DNA from: Anolis carolinensis
Taxonomy: Eukaryota
Assembly: GCF_035594765.1 (NCBI RefSeq)
Contig: NC_085846.1
Coordinates: forward strand, 8,171,190 to 8,235,189
Length of the DNA: 64,000 nucleotides
Direction of reading: 5' to 3'
In this document: piece after piece, positions 33,871-45,397 of the stretch
How positions within the stretch are numbered: the first letter of the stretch is position 1
Layout of the letters: every line of letters starts with the position of its first letter
Translations under genes and position numbers: made by a program
Notes under the pieces: model-generated
The model's input: only the letters and a program-made list of their open reading frames with translations
Told to the model about the DNA's origin: nothing
The model's database searches: none

Positions 33871-35685
33871 CCCCATTTGCTTCTTTCTCCCAACTTGGAC
33901 CTCCTACAAATATCCTTGGACTGGACCCATTGTTTTGGGTTGTTTTACTACAGGTGTGGGCAAACTTGGTCTTGCTGAGGGGGAAAAGGGAGGGGCTTGA
34001 GGCTGTTAGGAATGGTGGGAGTTGAACTCCAAAACACCTGGCTGGACCAAGTTTATCCATGCCTGTTTTACTCCCATGTAAATTTGATGACACCCTACAA
34101 ATAACCGATGTTGCTATCAACAACATCAACCACATCTATGGGCAGAAAAGAAACAGTTGAAGTGTAGAGCTAACTCTTTGTTTTGCCTTGGAACCCACTA
34201 GGAGTTGGTTTGTTTTTGACAGCGTCCCTGAAAGTTTATTTCTGAGTGGATCCTTATTTATTAAACCTCTTCTTTTGCCTTGACCCTGTGAGATCTTTCA
34301 AATCATTCTCCAAACATGACTGGAGGAAGGAATGGAGAGCAGGAGGCAAGTGTATTGTTAGAACCAAATGCCACATTTGATTGCTTACTTCCAGAGAGTC
34401 AGTCATCGAGGGACCTCATCACACTAGAGTTTGGATCCACTTTAAATCCACAGGGAGGGGCCAGACAGGTCCTGGGCCTCACCAAACTACAAACCCCAGA
34501 ATTCTGCAGGAGGCAGAAGCTGGATTTAAAGTAGATCCATGCTCTTGTTCAGAATTCCTCTTCATTTCTCTTCTTTCATTTCTAGTCTCTTTTCTTATAT
34601 GTATGGATTTTAGGGTTAGCTGATCCAGGACATTCAGAAGAGAGTTCTGGGCAGTTAAATGAGAGAAGCTGTTCTGGTTGGGAGGGGGCGATAGGGAAGG
34701 AGAGCACAGAAGAAGATATAGATTCAGGAGGACAAATTCAGGGTCTGGCGCCTCTTAAAGGGGCAGCTTCCCAGGATTACGGAACTCCGCCTTCTCCCCT
34801 CCTTTCCCAGCGTGCACTGCAGGGAGCAGGGGAGAGAGAAAGAAGGAAGAAAAGTCCTGAAGTGGGGGAGGAGGAGTTTCGGGGAGAAAAGTGAGTCCGG
34901 GCAAGAGAATCCAGTTTTGGGAGGTGGCTCGCGGGATTGCAACGCGTGGAGGGATATGAAATGTTTGGTGTGGGGTTTGGAGAGAGGGCGGTGGTATTAA
35001 GGAAACCTTAGGGGTTGGAAGAGGAGGAAGGGCCTTCCTTGGAGGGTTTGGTTTGTTGTCGTCCCAGAGATCTGTTAACACAACCTGCCTACCCATCACG
35101 TGTCCTACTAAATCTCTGCTTTTTGCAATATTAAATCTGCGGTACCTTATACAAAAACATTTGCAAAATTTGGGAGGTTTGGTTTCATATTGTCCCAAAC
35201 TATGATGGAGTGGTTTCCAGTAAATGCTGGCTTCGGGCATCCAATTTTCTTCGTTTTTTTAAACTGGCATTAAGTGGTCCCTTATTGTTATATTTAATCC
35301 AAGGCTATATTGTTTCCAGGACAGTTAAAATGAAACTGGATTTTCAGTTTGACCAATTAATGCTGCTTAGTGCTAAATTTTGTTTGGATTTATTTTCTGT
35401 CCAATTTTAAGTTCCTGGCCTGTGCAAATTATGGAAAATCAAAATGTCACAGTCTTCTGAAATGTTTTCAGTTGGAAAAGCTTAAACAGATGTAAGAGAA
35501 CACATAGGGAGCAGCAGGAGTGGGATTGAAGTTGCTATTGTCCAAAAGTTAATTTTTCCAAGACGAGACATCATCTCTAAACTAATACACATTTTTCAAG
35601 CAATATTTCCAGCTCACATGTGCTTAAGCAGGTCATTCTGTATCTTTGCATTTCATTTTTTCTGCCTAAGTGGAGTATCTTACCG

Positions 35686-36428
35686 GGACAAATGCAAGAT
35701 ACTCCACTTAGGCAAGAAAATGAAATGCAAAGGTACAGAATGGGAGACGTCTGGCTCGACAGCAGTATGAGTGAACAGGATCTTGGAGTCCTCGTGGACA
35801 ACAAGTTAAACATGAGCTGACAATATGATGCAGCAGCTAAAAAAAGCCAATGGGATTTTGGCCTGCATCATTAGAAGTATAGTGTCTAGATCCAGGGAAG
35901 TCATGCTACCCCTCTATTCTGCCTTGGTCAGACCACATCTAGAATACTGTGTCCAGTTCTGGGCACCACAGTTGAAGGGAGATGTTGACAAACTAGAATG
36001 TGTCTAGAGGAGGGCAACTAAAATGAGAGAACAAGCCTTATGAGGAGCGGCTTAACCAACTGGGCATGTTTAGCCTGCAGAAGAGAAGGCTGAGAGGAGA
36101 TAGGATAGCCATGTATAAATATGTGAGGAGAAGTCAAAGGGAGGAGGGAGTAAGCTTGTTTTCTGCTGCCCTGGAGACTAGGATGTGGAGCAATGGCTTC
36201 AAACTACAGGAAAGGAGATTCCACCTGAATATTAGGAAGAACTCCACTGTGAGAGTGAGCTGTTCAGCAGTGTAACTTCTGCCTCGGAGTGCGGTGGAGG
36301 CTCCTCTTTGGAGGCTTTAAAGCAGAGGCTGGATGGCCATCTGTCAGGGGTGTTTTGAATGCAATTTTCTGGCTTCTTGGCAGGGGGTTGGACTGGATGG
36401 CCCATGAGGGCTCTTCCAACTCTATGAT
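35686..36428 (+). mobile_element. CR1 LINE 3' fragment
   Basis: [46 protein letters not shown]. Confidence 0.9.
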
Positions 36429-37042
36429 ATCAGCACCAAATTTTCAAATATGAACAGAGAGGGTATTCAACCTATTCTCTAGTTGATAATTATCTTTTAT
36501 GAGTTTGGGATATATACATTTGAAGCAGATGAAAAAAGCACTCTCTTGAAGGGAAGCTGTATTGGTTCACAGTACTGAAACAGATCGTGGCATCAAACAC
36601 ATGACCATGCATCTTTGTAATGTCACACAACAGTGCTTCTCGATATGCTCTCTCAAATCTTTGCATAGGAAAACAAGAAAAGTTGACTACAAGTTGCCTT
36701 AATGTGTTAGGTTATTTTTAAAATTCTGCACCCAGGATTTATATATATTCAGTCATGTAGTTTCACATGTGCCTTCTGAAATGATGTATGTAGTTAGAAA
36801 AAGATTTGCTACCTTGCTGAGAAGTAGGTCTGCGAGAGATGCTACGTATTTGTCTTCTCTCAAATAGTACATTTATTTGCTCTCCATTTTCTCCTCCTGT
36901 TTCCTTTTTCATTGGTAGCCCTTCTTATCTGTTCTTCCACTAATTCATATCTTTGTTTCTTTCTACTTCTGTTTCTTTCTCTTTTTCAGCTGTTCCAAGG
37001 GACTGAACTCTAGAGATAGAAGACATCTAGACCAGAACAGTC

Positions 37043-38506
37043 ATGCCCCCCAACAAGGATGCCCCAGGCTGCCTTGGCTCACCCCCAGGCTTGATCTGCT
37101 TGCCCCCCATATCTGAGGATCTCCAGTTGGTGTGGACCCAGGCGGCACAAACAAGTGATCTCGACAACAACCAGCATTTGCTGCAAACATTTAGCTACTT
37201 CCCCTATCCCAGCCTTTCTGATCTGGCCTTGCTCTGCCTGCGTCATGGTCTGCACATGGAGAAAGTCAAGGCCTGGTTCATGGCACAGCGCCTTCGCTGT
37301 GGCATTAGCTGGAGTGCTGAGGAGATTGAAGAGACTCGGGCACGGCTGATTTACCATCAGGATCAGCTTCACTTTAGTTGCCTGCTTGCTGGGAACGACG
37401 TTGACCCCTGGCACCAATCTTTTAAAAGTCAGGAGTGTCACCAACTGTTACCTCCCTCTGTGTACTGCTCAAACAAATATCCAGAGAACCAGCAAACTTC
37501 TATAGATTCTTTAAACAACTGCAGCCCAGCCCAAGGAAAAGAGGAGGTTGAGAGAATCACTCAGGATATTTGGAAACTGAAGAAAAATGCTTTGTCCAAC
37601 CACAGCAGGGCTCAGGAGAACTACGAACCTTTAGGGGCCTCTACACATCTTCACAATACCAAAGAGGCACCTTCTGGTGCTTATCTACCTACCACATCTG
37701 CCAGTCTGGGCCATAAGTACGAGAACTCTCACAGTGTCACATGGGGACTTCCTGCAGCCTCCATGCATCCAGCTGACCCTGTTGTGTCTGCAGTAAATGG
37801 TGGGCATCACCCAGGGATTTTTTCAGCAGGTTCTTCTATCAAAGCTACCCCATCTTTGTCTACAACTACAACTAGTGGTATTGACTCATCTAACCCTCAA
37901 AATTATCAGTACAGTACGGGAGACCAGCAGCATCCTTCAGGTTGCTTCTCAGACACTCTTCGCAGAACTAGGCGAAAGACAAAGGAACAGTTGGATGTGT
38001 TAAAGTCTTTCTTCCTTCGTCACCAGTGGGCCCGGAGAGAGGATTATCATCAACTGGAGAAGATCACTGGACTACCACGTGCTGAGATCATCCAGTGGTT
38101 TGGAGACACTCGTTATGCACTAAAACATGGTCAGCTGAAGTGGTTTCGGGACAATGCAGGGCAGAGTCCAGAGTCTGTCTCCTCACTGCCTCCTCATCCA
38201 CTTCAAAGCAACCATCCAGACACAAGTCCACTGGAGCGCTATTGGACAAACCATCTACAATTGCAAGAGCATGATTTACCAGCACTCTGTCACGAGTCAG
38301 GTATGGATGCTGAACAGGTGATACAATGGTTCAATTCACACTCACCTGCCCCATGTGAAGTAGAAGTATGCTTGAGTGAGGAAGAAGAAGTAGATGAGGA
38401 GGTGGCAGCCCATATGACAAAATATGACTATGAAGACTATGAAGAAGAAGAAGAAGATGAGGATGAAAATGCTGATGATGATGATGATGAAGATTGGGTT
38501 GCCTAA
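37043..38506 (+). CDS. HOMEZ: HOMEZ homeobox and leucine zipper protein (ZHX family), 487 aa, single coding exon
   Basis: MPPNK...LICLPPISEDLQLVWTQAAQTS...WFMAQRLRCGISW (HD1), RKTKEQLDVLKSFF...QWFGDTRYALKHG (HD2), LERYW...VIQWF (HD3), acidic tail; acceptor at 36988-36989. Confidence 0.96.
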   Translation: MPPNKDAPGCLGSPPGLICLPPISEDLQLVWTQAAQTSDLDNNQHLLQTFSYFPYPSLSDLALLCLRHGLHMEKVKAWFMAQRLRCGISWSAEEIEETRARLIYHQDQLHFSCLLAGNDVDPWHQSFKSQECHQLLPPSVYCSNKYPENQQTSIDSLNNCSPAQGKEEVERITQDIWKLKKNALSNHSRAQENYEPLGASTHLHNTKEAPSGAYLPTTSASLGHKYENSHSVTWGLPAASMHPADPVVSAVNGGHHPGIFSAGSSIKATPSLSTTTTSGIDSSNPQNYQYSTGDQQHPSGCFSDTLRRTRRKTKEQLDVLKSFFLRHQWARREDYHQLEKITGLPRAEIIQWFGDTRYALKHGQLKWFRDNAGQSPESVSSLPPHPLQSNHPDTSPLERYWTNHLQLQEHDLPALCHESGMDAEQVIQWFNSHSPAPCEVEVCLSEEEEVDEEVAAHMTKYDYEDYEEEEEDEDENADDDDDEDWVA

Positions 38507-39757
38507 TCTTCATGTGGATACTGGAAATTCTGGGCTTTAGTGATGGGTCTCAGGGATGGATCGACAAATAAAAATGAAAAGAAGTTGAGAGTTCCTACTT
38601 CATCAGTATCCTGCCATTCCCATTACTACTCAGTGGTTGCCCTTTCATGTTCTAATATCTGTTTATATTTTCCTTATGCTTTTAATTTTTAAGTTAAAAC
38701 ACTGGTCCCTGTCATTCAGTGATCATGTCTTAAATCCTAGAGTTAAAACGATGCTGGAAATGGAGCTGGCAGTACCCTATTAGATTCCAAGAACCATAGC
38801 AAGAACACCTTCAGTAGTTTGCTAGACTTGGAGGTTTCTTTTACATAGCTTTTATGTTATTACCTGTTCGTTATGCTGATAGTTCAGATTGGTTTCTACT
38901 TCTAGAATCATGTTAATATTTTCATCTGCTGTTTTTGATTTTTAGAGCTGGTATCTTCCTTCATTATAAGACCTAAAACATAAATCTGGGATGACATGTG
39001 TGTCTTGGTTTCTCTTTTATTTTCCATATACCTCTTTTATACCTGCTTCTAGATTGGAAATGGGTCGTTCTCATCATTAATAGAATTGCATAGTCATAGA
39101 TTCAAGTCTTTCCAGACATCTTTGTGATTTCATGTACAGTATTTTCACATCAGCAATACCTTTTTCAGATACCATATGGGTTGTATATAACATCTGGCTG
39201 TCCTAAACCTAGTTTATTTCATTCTGTTTTAGGGAATATGATTTGTTTCTCAAAGTGAGAATTCCTTATGTTTTGTTTTTGCAAACCAAAAGTGCATTTC
39301 AAAGAAACAGTGGAGAAATATCCAGATTTTTGAGTTGTAATTCATCCTGTCTTGGTTTTTCTTCTTTTAATTATGGATATCTGCATTGCTTGTTTAAAAT
39401 TTGACTTTCACAGAATGACAAATATGAATGTTTGACCGTTGATAGGTGTTCTGGTGTTTAAAATTATGTCTGTGGATCTTGTGTGCTCTAATCTTTGTTA
39501 TGTGCATGTCCTAAGCATTTTATTCATTTTTGTATCTTTCTTGCCTGTCATTCTTTTATGTCTTTTAAGTTGCTACATGATTTCCATGTTGCTTTTCATG
39601 AAATGTCATGTTACTCTTCTATTCTTTCCTTCCCTCCTTCAGTGCCTTGATTTCCCACCAAAGTTTTTCTTACTCCATTTCATTCTTCAGGGGACATCTA
39701 TCCATTCTGACTAGTTGGCACAATGAGCTTGAAAAATCACCTTTTTGTTCCACTTAA

Positions 39758-39955
39758 ACCACTTAATACGGAATCCTGCCTGATCATGGAAGCTAAGCAA
39801 GGTCAGGCTTGCTTAGTATTTTGGGGGAAGATCACCAGCGAATAACAGAAGCTGTAGTCTGTATTTCAGAGTATTCCTGAATATTCCTAAGAAAAACCTA
39901 TGAAATCCATAGGGTGGCTATAAGTTGACAGGCAACTTGAAGACATGCACACACA
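39758..39955 (+). mobile_element. 5S rRNA-derived SINE with Bov-B-like tail
   Basis: ctgatcatggaagctaagcaaggtcaggcttgcttagta resembles the 5S internal promoter region, followed by a non-5S tail ending acttgaagacatgcacacaca. Confidence 0.7.
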
Positions 39956-40944
39956 TGTCTCTCTTATAGAAAAGCTGTAAGAAAAGGAGAAAGCATGACT
40001 AATTCCTTGGCACATTTGATGCATTTAGCAAAACCAGACCTTAACTGGGACATCCTTCAGAAAATCTGTGAAATAGGGATAAGCTTCTGTTAGCTCTTAA
40101 GAATGATTTTTTGTTACACATGATGATCAAGGTAGACTTGGCAATTATAGAGGTATTAGGTAGGAACCTGTACAAAAGGATACTAATAATTTCCAATTTA
40201 AATCATTTATTCAACCATTTTTCCAAGAGTTTTTTACAGAGAGAATGGAAGACTGCACACAGAGAAAAGATGGCCTGTACAATTCTGTGTGAATCAGTTT
40301 AAAGATCACAACTTGTAAAAAATATATTGAAGGAGCTACATGAGATATAGTGACATGTGGACTGGTTACTTAATAGCCATAAAGTATTATTTTGTAGTTT
40401 CTCAGTGATGAGTTTGGATTTTAATAAACCATACTTTTCTTTTCCATCTTTTAAATTAATGTTTTCCACCCCAGACTGGACTGTTATGCCCTGTGTTTAA
40501 AAAGCAACCTTTGTTATATACAAAATAATTATATATTATATGCAAGCAGGATCAAATAGAGTCTCAAATGTTCCAAACATTTACTAGATGCATTTTATCC
40601 TCTAGCAATCTCAAAAGATATCTGCGCTGTTCTTAACATATGATCACACTCCAGGCAAAATTATTTTGGGAGCCACTGAGTGCTTCAAGTACAGTAGACC
40701 ACTACTGTTGAGATAAAGTCTACCATCTAGCCTTCTAATTATATTTCCTCCAGTAGGAATCTTACAAACACTTGTTACCATACCTGATATATTACCAGAA
40801 ATACCATGTTTTATGTCATGCTAAAGAGAATGAACGTGATTAGTAAATCACTTTTCAATACATGTCCAAAACATAGAGAATGCAGATTGTCAAAAACTTG
40901 CCCATAGTTATACTGATTAAGAACAGTGGCTTTGGTTCTTCTCA

Positions 40945-40978
40945 TTATTGTTGATGGATTTGGCTGACAGATGGGTAC
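40945..40978 (-). CDS. RNF212B: RNF212B candidate terminal coding exon 15
   Basis: tcttcccag acceptor then (R)YPSVSQIHQQ*; gives a 936-nt CDS (311 aa). Supported by splice signals only. Confidence 0.5.
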
Positions 40979-41591
40979 CTGGGAAGACAGTACAATGAGC
41001 ATCACTGTTCAGTTACTAAACCCTACTTATCACACAGTTATATTCAATAAAAAAATCTGGTATATGCTCTTGAGAAAAAGTTAGATTTGGGGGGAAGCTG
41101 GATGCTATACAAAGTGAAAAGCTGGTGAGGAGTGATAGTTGAAAAAGTCCTCTCACCAGCTACTGGCTACTCCAATTTCAAACTAAGGTGGGGGTGGGGA
41201 GGTGGCTGCTTGATACTGCATTCCGAAAACTTTGACACATTATATTAGGGACCTTGAAAGAACTTGTAAAACAACTTTCAAAGATTAACAAAGTAATATA
41301 CATCATTTTGCATTTTGGGAAAACTTCCATCTTCTTTAATATTTTCATACCTTTTTTCTGCACGGTATGCAGTCTTGTTGATGACTGTAACCTAGCTTTC
41401 ACGAAAATCTTTTTTGTATAATAACCATTTTCTATAGCCTTATGTTGGAGTCATTAACAGTAGGTGAAGTCTCCCTTTTGTCCCTGGTTAATATGGAGTG
41501 TCTATGGTTTTTCAGAATTTTCTTAGATATTATCTTGTCCTTTTAGCTACTAATGTCAGGATTGTGAAAAGATAAGTGCTCTCCCACTTAC

Positions 41592-41632
41592 CTGCTGTTA
41601 AATGAAGGTGTTGTGTGAGGGGTGAACCTCAG
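41592..41632 (-). CDS. RNF212B: RNF212B coding exon 14
   Basis: LRFTPHTTPSFNS, 41 nt, long pyrimidine tract, CAG|GTAAGT donor. Confidence 0.7.
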
Positions 41633-41723
41633 CTGGGAAGGAAAGGAAAGGAAAAGAAAAATAATTACTCAAAAAAAAAACCCCTTAACAGGTGATATAT
41701 AATCTGTAGAGACTGCCACTCAC

Positions 41724-41785
41724 CTGTATTGGGTGCATCCTTTCAGTATTGTGACGTTCTGGCACAGATGCTCCATCTCTCTGAT
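41724..41785 (-). CDS. RNF212B: RNF212B coding exon 13
   Basis: DQRDGASVPERHNTERMHPIQ, 62 nt, CAG acceptor and CAG|GTGAGT donor, phase consistent. Confidence 0.7.
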
Positions 41786-41828
41786 CTGTGAGCCAAATAC
41801 AACATGGAATTGAACTTTTGAGAATATA

Positions 41829-44800
41829 TAATAATAATAATAATAATAAAACTTTATTTATACCCCGCCACCATCTCCCCTATGGGGACTCGGGGCGGCT
41901 TACATGGGGCCATGCCCAGACACCATACAATATAACAAAATAAACAGCAAATCATAACACAATATAACAGTGCAAAATCATCGTATATATATTACAACCC
42001 AAATCGGAGAAAACAATGAAAACCAGGGCAGGCCACATGATCACTTAATTAAAAACTCAGGAGAGAGAGACATAGGAATAAGGGGAAACAGGGAAATAAA
42101 ATGGTGAAGCAGTCTAAAGGATAAAAACCAAGGGGAATAGCCAGAGTAATATATTACATTTACTCCCCAAAGGCACATCGGAAAAGCCATGTTTTTAGAT
42201 CTTTCTTAAAGGCTAACAAGGTGGGGGCTTGCCTAATCTCAGTGGGCAATGAATTCCACAGTCGGGGGGCCACAGCAGAAAAAGCCCTCTCCCTCGTTCC
42301 CACAAGACGGGCCTGGGACAGAGGCAGTGGCGAAAGGAAGGCCTCCCCGGATGAACGAAGGGAACGAGCAGGTTTATGGTAGGAGATACGGTCCCTAAGG
42401 TAGGTGGGTCCCAAACCGTTTAGGGCTTTATAGATGATGGTCTGCACCTTGAATTGGGACCGGAAAGTGAACGGCAGCCAGTGGAGCTCTTTAAACAGGG
42501 GGGTAGATCGTTCCCTGTAGCTCGCCCCTGTTATTAATCTGGCTGCCGAGCGCTGGACCAATTGTAGTTTCCGGGCCGTCTTCAAGGGAAGCCCCACGTA
42601 GAGCGCATTACAGTAGTCCAGTCTAGAGGTAACTAAGGCATGCACCACCGTGGTCAAGTCAGACTTCACGAGGTATGGTCGCAGTTGGCGCACAAGTTTG
42701 AGTTGTGCGAAAGCCCTCCCGGCCACCGCCGACACCTGAGCCTCAAGCGTCAACGCTGAATCCAGGAGGACCCCCAAACTGCGGGCCTGTGATTTCAGGG
42801 GGAGTGCAACCCCGTCCAGCACAGGTTGCCACCCAATACCCCGATCAGATGGGCGACTGACCAGGAGGGCCTCTGTCTTGTCAGGATTGATCCTCAGCTT
42901 GTTCCTCCTCATCCAGTCCGCCACAGCGGCCAGGCACTGGTTCAGAATCCGAGGGGCTTCCTTGGAGTTAGATGGAAATGAGTAGTGGATTTGCGTGTCA
43001 TCTGCGTAGAGATGGCAACACCCTCCAAAACTCCGGATGACCTCTCCCAACGGTTTCATGTAGATGTTAAATAGCATGGGGGATAAAATAGACCCTTGCG
43101 GGACCCCACAGGTCAATGGCCAGGGGTCCGAGCAGGTATCCCCCAGCTTCACCATCTGGGAACGACCCTCCAGGAAGGACCGGAGCCACTGCAGAACCAT
43201 GCCACCGAGCCCCATCCCGGCGAGCCTCCCCAGAAGGATACCATGGTCGATGGTATCGAAAGCCGCTGAGATGTCCAAGAGAACCAGCAGGGTCACACTC
43301 CCCCTGTCCAGCTCCCTGCGGAGGTCATCCACCAAGGCGACCAGAGCCGTCTCGGTACTGTGCCCAGGCCTGAAGCCAGACTGCGAGCGGTCCAGAAAAT
43401 CAGTGTCATCGAGAAATTCCTGGAGCTGTGTGGCAACCACCCGCTCCAGAACCTTGCCCAAAAACGGGAGGTTGGAGATTGGTCTGTAGTTGTTACAAAT
43501 AGATGGATCAAGCGAAGGCTTTTTTAGTAGTGGTTTTACTACCGCCTGCTTAAAGTAGGATGGAACCGACCCCTGAACCAAAGAAGCATTTATTATGGTC
43601 ACAAACCAATCCAACAACCCATCTTTGGCCAGCTTGACCAGCCAAGAGGGACAAGGATCCAGAGCGCAGGTGGTCGCCCTCACAGACCCAAGAATCCCCT
43701 CCACGTCATCAGGAAGAACAAGCCGGAAAGAATCCCATAAGATCGAGCAGACAGGTACCTCGGTTACCTCCGCTGAGACCACAATTGAGCTGGAGTCTAG
43801 CTCAAGGCGTATCTGAGCAACTTTGCCTGCAAAGTGGTGCGCGAAATCGCTGCACCCAGTTGCCAAGTCATTGGGAAGCCCCTGGGCCTCAGGAGGCCGC
43901 AGGAGCTCCCCCACAACTCGGAACAACTCCGATGGCCTGTTGGCTGCAGACGCTATGCGGGCAGTCGTGAAAACTTTCCTGGCTGCTCGCAGAGCCACGG
44001 AGTACGCCTTAATAGCGGCTTTAGCCCGTGCTTGGTCGGACACGTCCCGAGATTTCCTCCAGATGCACTCTAGTCCCCTCCTCCTACGCTTCATCACAGC
44101 CAACTCCTCGGTAAACCAAGGAGTCGACGCGACTCTACGCAGTGAGAGGGGACGTTCGGGAGCGATCGTGTCCAATGCCCTTGATAGCTCACTATTATAG
44201 CGATCAACCAGGACATCGACAGGATCGCCAGTCTCCAGGACAGGAAGATCCCCAAGAGACCTCAGAAGTCCATCCAGATCCATCAGTCTCCTGGGGCGGA
44301 CCATCTTAATGGGTCCACCACCCCTGCGGAGGTTAGAAGGCACGGCGATACTTAAACAGATCAGATGATGGTCAGACCATGACAATGGAAGAATATTTTG
44401 CTCTTCCACTCTGACTGTCCCACCGTCCACAACAAAAACAAGGTCCAAGGTGTGTCCTGCCTGATGTGTGGGCCCTGATATAACTTGAGACAGCCCCATG
44501 GTTGTCATGGCAACCATGAAATCCTGAGCTGCACCTGTCAATGTGGACTCGGCATGAATGTTAAAGTCTCCCAAAACTATCAGTTGTTGGGAGACAAGGG
44601 CCGCATTGGAGACCACATCTGCTAGCTCGGACAGAGAGACTGCTGGGTCGCGGGGTGGACGGTACACCAACAGAATCCCCAAGCTGTCTCGGGCTCCCAC
44701 CTTCAGGAAGACGCAGTCGAACCTCGGGGATTGTGGAACGGCGCATCTGATCAGGGCGATGGACTGCCGAAAGATCACCGCAACTCCTCCTCCCCGCCCC

Positions 44801-45190
44801 CCAACTCTGGCCTGTTGATGCACCCCGAAACCAGGAGGACACAGCTGAGTAAGATTCACACCTCCCAGCTCATCCAGCCATGTCTCGGTGATGCATGCCA
44901 GATCTGCTCCCTCATCCAGGATCAAATCCTGGATGACAGCTGTTTTACCATTGACAGATCTGGCGTTCAAAAGCAGGACCTTAAGGTTGGGGGGTCTGTC
45001 CTGAAGACTACCACACTTAATCCTCTCCAGGGTCGCAAAAACTCTGTTGCGCTTCTCCCTGGGTTGGTGGCGACCATGCTTTCTCCTCCCCCATATCACC
45101 TCAATGGAGCCACCTCCAATCAAGCCCTCCTCCCCCTGATGGAAGAACTGGGCGGAATTGCCAGTTGCCGGGACTAGTCAACTGTCCTGG
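41829..45190 (-). mobile_element. L2-clade LINE with complete ORF2, apparently 5'-truncated, (TTA)n tail, inside an RNF212B intron
   Basis: Open 987-codon frame, 3' stem-loop region gccgccccgagtcccc...ggcggggtataaat, and short tandem tail; 5' boundary approximate. Confidence 0.92.
42160..45123 (-). CDS. L2 ORF2: APE endonuclease plus reverse transcriptase
   Basis: EN motifs LLLNARS, ITETWL, LGDFNIH, WSDHHL; RT motifs NYRPISNL, QSGFRPGHST, LDISAAFD, GVPQGS, LYADD; no stops or frameshifts. Confidence 0.93.
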   Translation of the reverse strand: MIGGGSIEVIWGRRKHGRHQPREKRNRVFATLERIKCGSLQDRPPNLKVLLLNARSVNGKTAVIQDLILDEGADLACITETWLDELGGVNLTQLCPPGFGVHQQARVGGRGGGVAVIFRQSIALIRCAVPQSPRFDCVFLKVGARDSLGILLVYRPPRDPAVSLSELADVVSNAALVSQQLIVLGDFNIHAESTLTGAAQDFMVAMTTMGLSQVISGPTHQAGHTLDLVFVVDGGTVRVEEQNILPLSWSDHHLICLSIAVPSNLRRGGGPIKMVRPRRLMDLDGLLRSLGDLPVLETGDPVDVLVDRYNSELSRALDTIAPERPLSLRRVASTPWFTEELAVMKRRRRGLECIWRKSRDVSDQARAKAAIKAYSVALRAARKVFTTARIASAANRPSELFRVVGELLRPPEAQGLPNDLATGCSDFAHHFAGKVAQIRLELDSSSIVVSAEVTEVPVCSILWDSFRLVLPDDVEGILGSVRATTCALDPCPSWLVKLAKDGLLDWFVTIINASLVQGSVPSYFKQAVVKPLLKKPSLDPSICNNYRPISNLPFLGKVLERVVATQLQEFLDDTDFLDRSQSGFRPGHSTETALVALVDDLRRELDRGSVTLLVLLDISAAFDTIDHGILLGRLAGMGLGGMVLQWLRSFLEGRSQMVKLGDTCSDPWPLTCGVPQGSILSPMLFNIYMKPLGEVIRSFGGCCHLYADDTQIHYSFPSNSKEAPRILNQCLAAVADWMRRNKLRINPDKTEALLVSRPSDRGIGWQPVLDGVALPLKSQARSLGVLLDSALTLEAQVSAVAGRAFAQLKLVRQLRPYLVKSDLTTVVHALVTSRLDYCNALYVGLPLKTARKLQLVQRSAARLITGASYRERSTPLFKELHWLPFTFRSQFKVQTIIYKALNGLGPTYLRDRISYHKPARSLRSSGEAFLSPLPLSQARLVGTRERAFSAVAPRLWNSLPTEIRQAPTLLAFKKDLKTWLFRCAFGE

Positions 45191-45397
45191 CAAGGAAAGC
45201 CTCCAAAAGTGCTTGTTTGTTTAAAAAAGGAGCTTCTCTCCAGATGCATTGAATCTGGAGCAAGGTGGTATCTGTTGTTTTTCTATCTTATGCTACATTA
45301 TTGAGCTCGAACATTCCACTGCAACCTCTCCTGAAGAGAGTGTTGGGTACAGTTAAAAGAAAGAATACAGAGAAGAAATTATAGCATCTGTCCTTAC

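Noticed and set aside
39758-39860. 5S rRNA gene
   Set aside because: Diverged, 5'-degraded, lacks a terminator and is fused to a SINE tail
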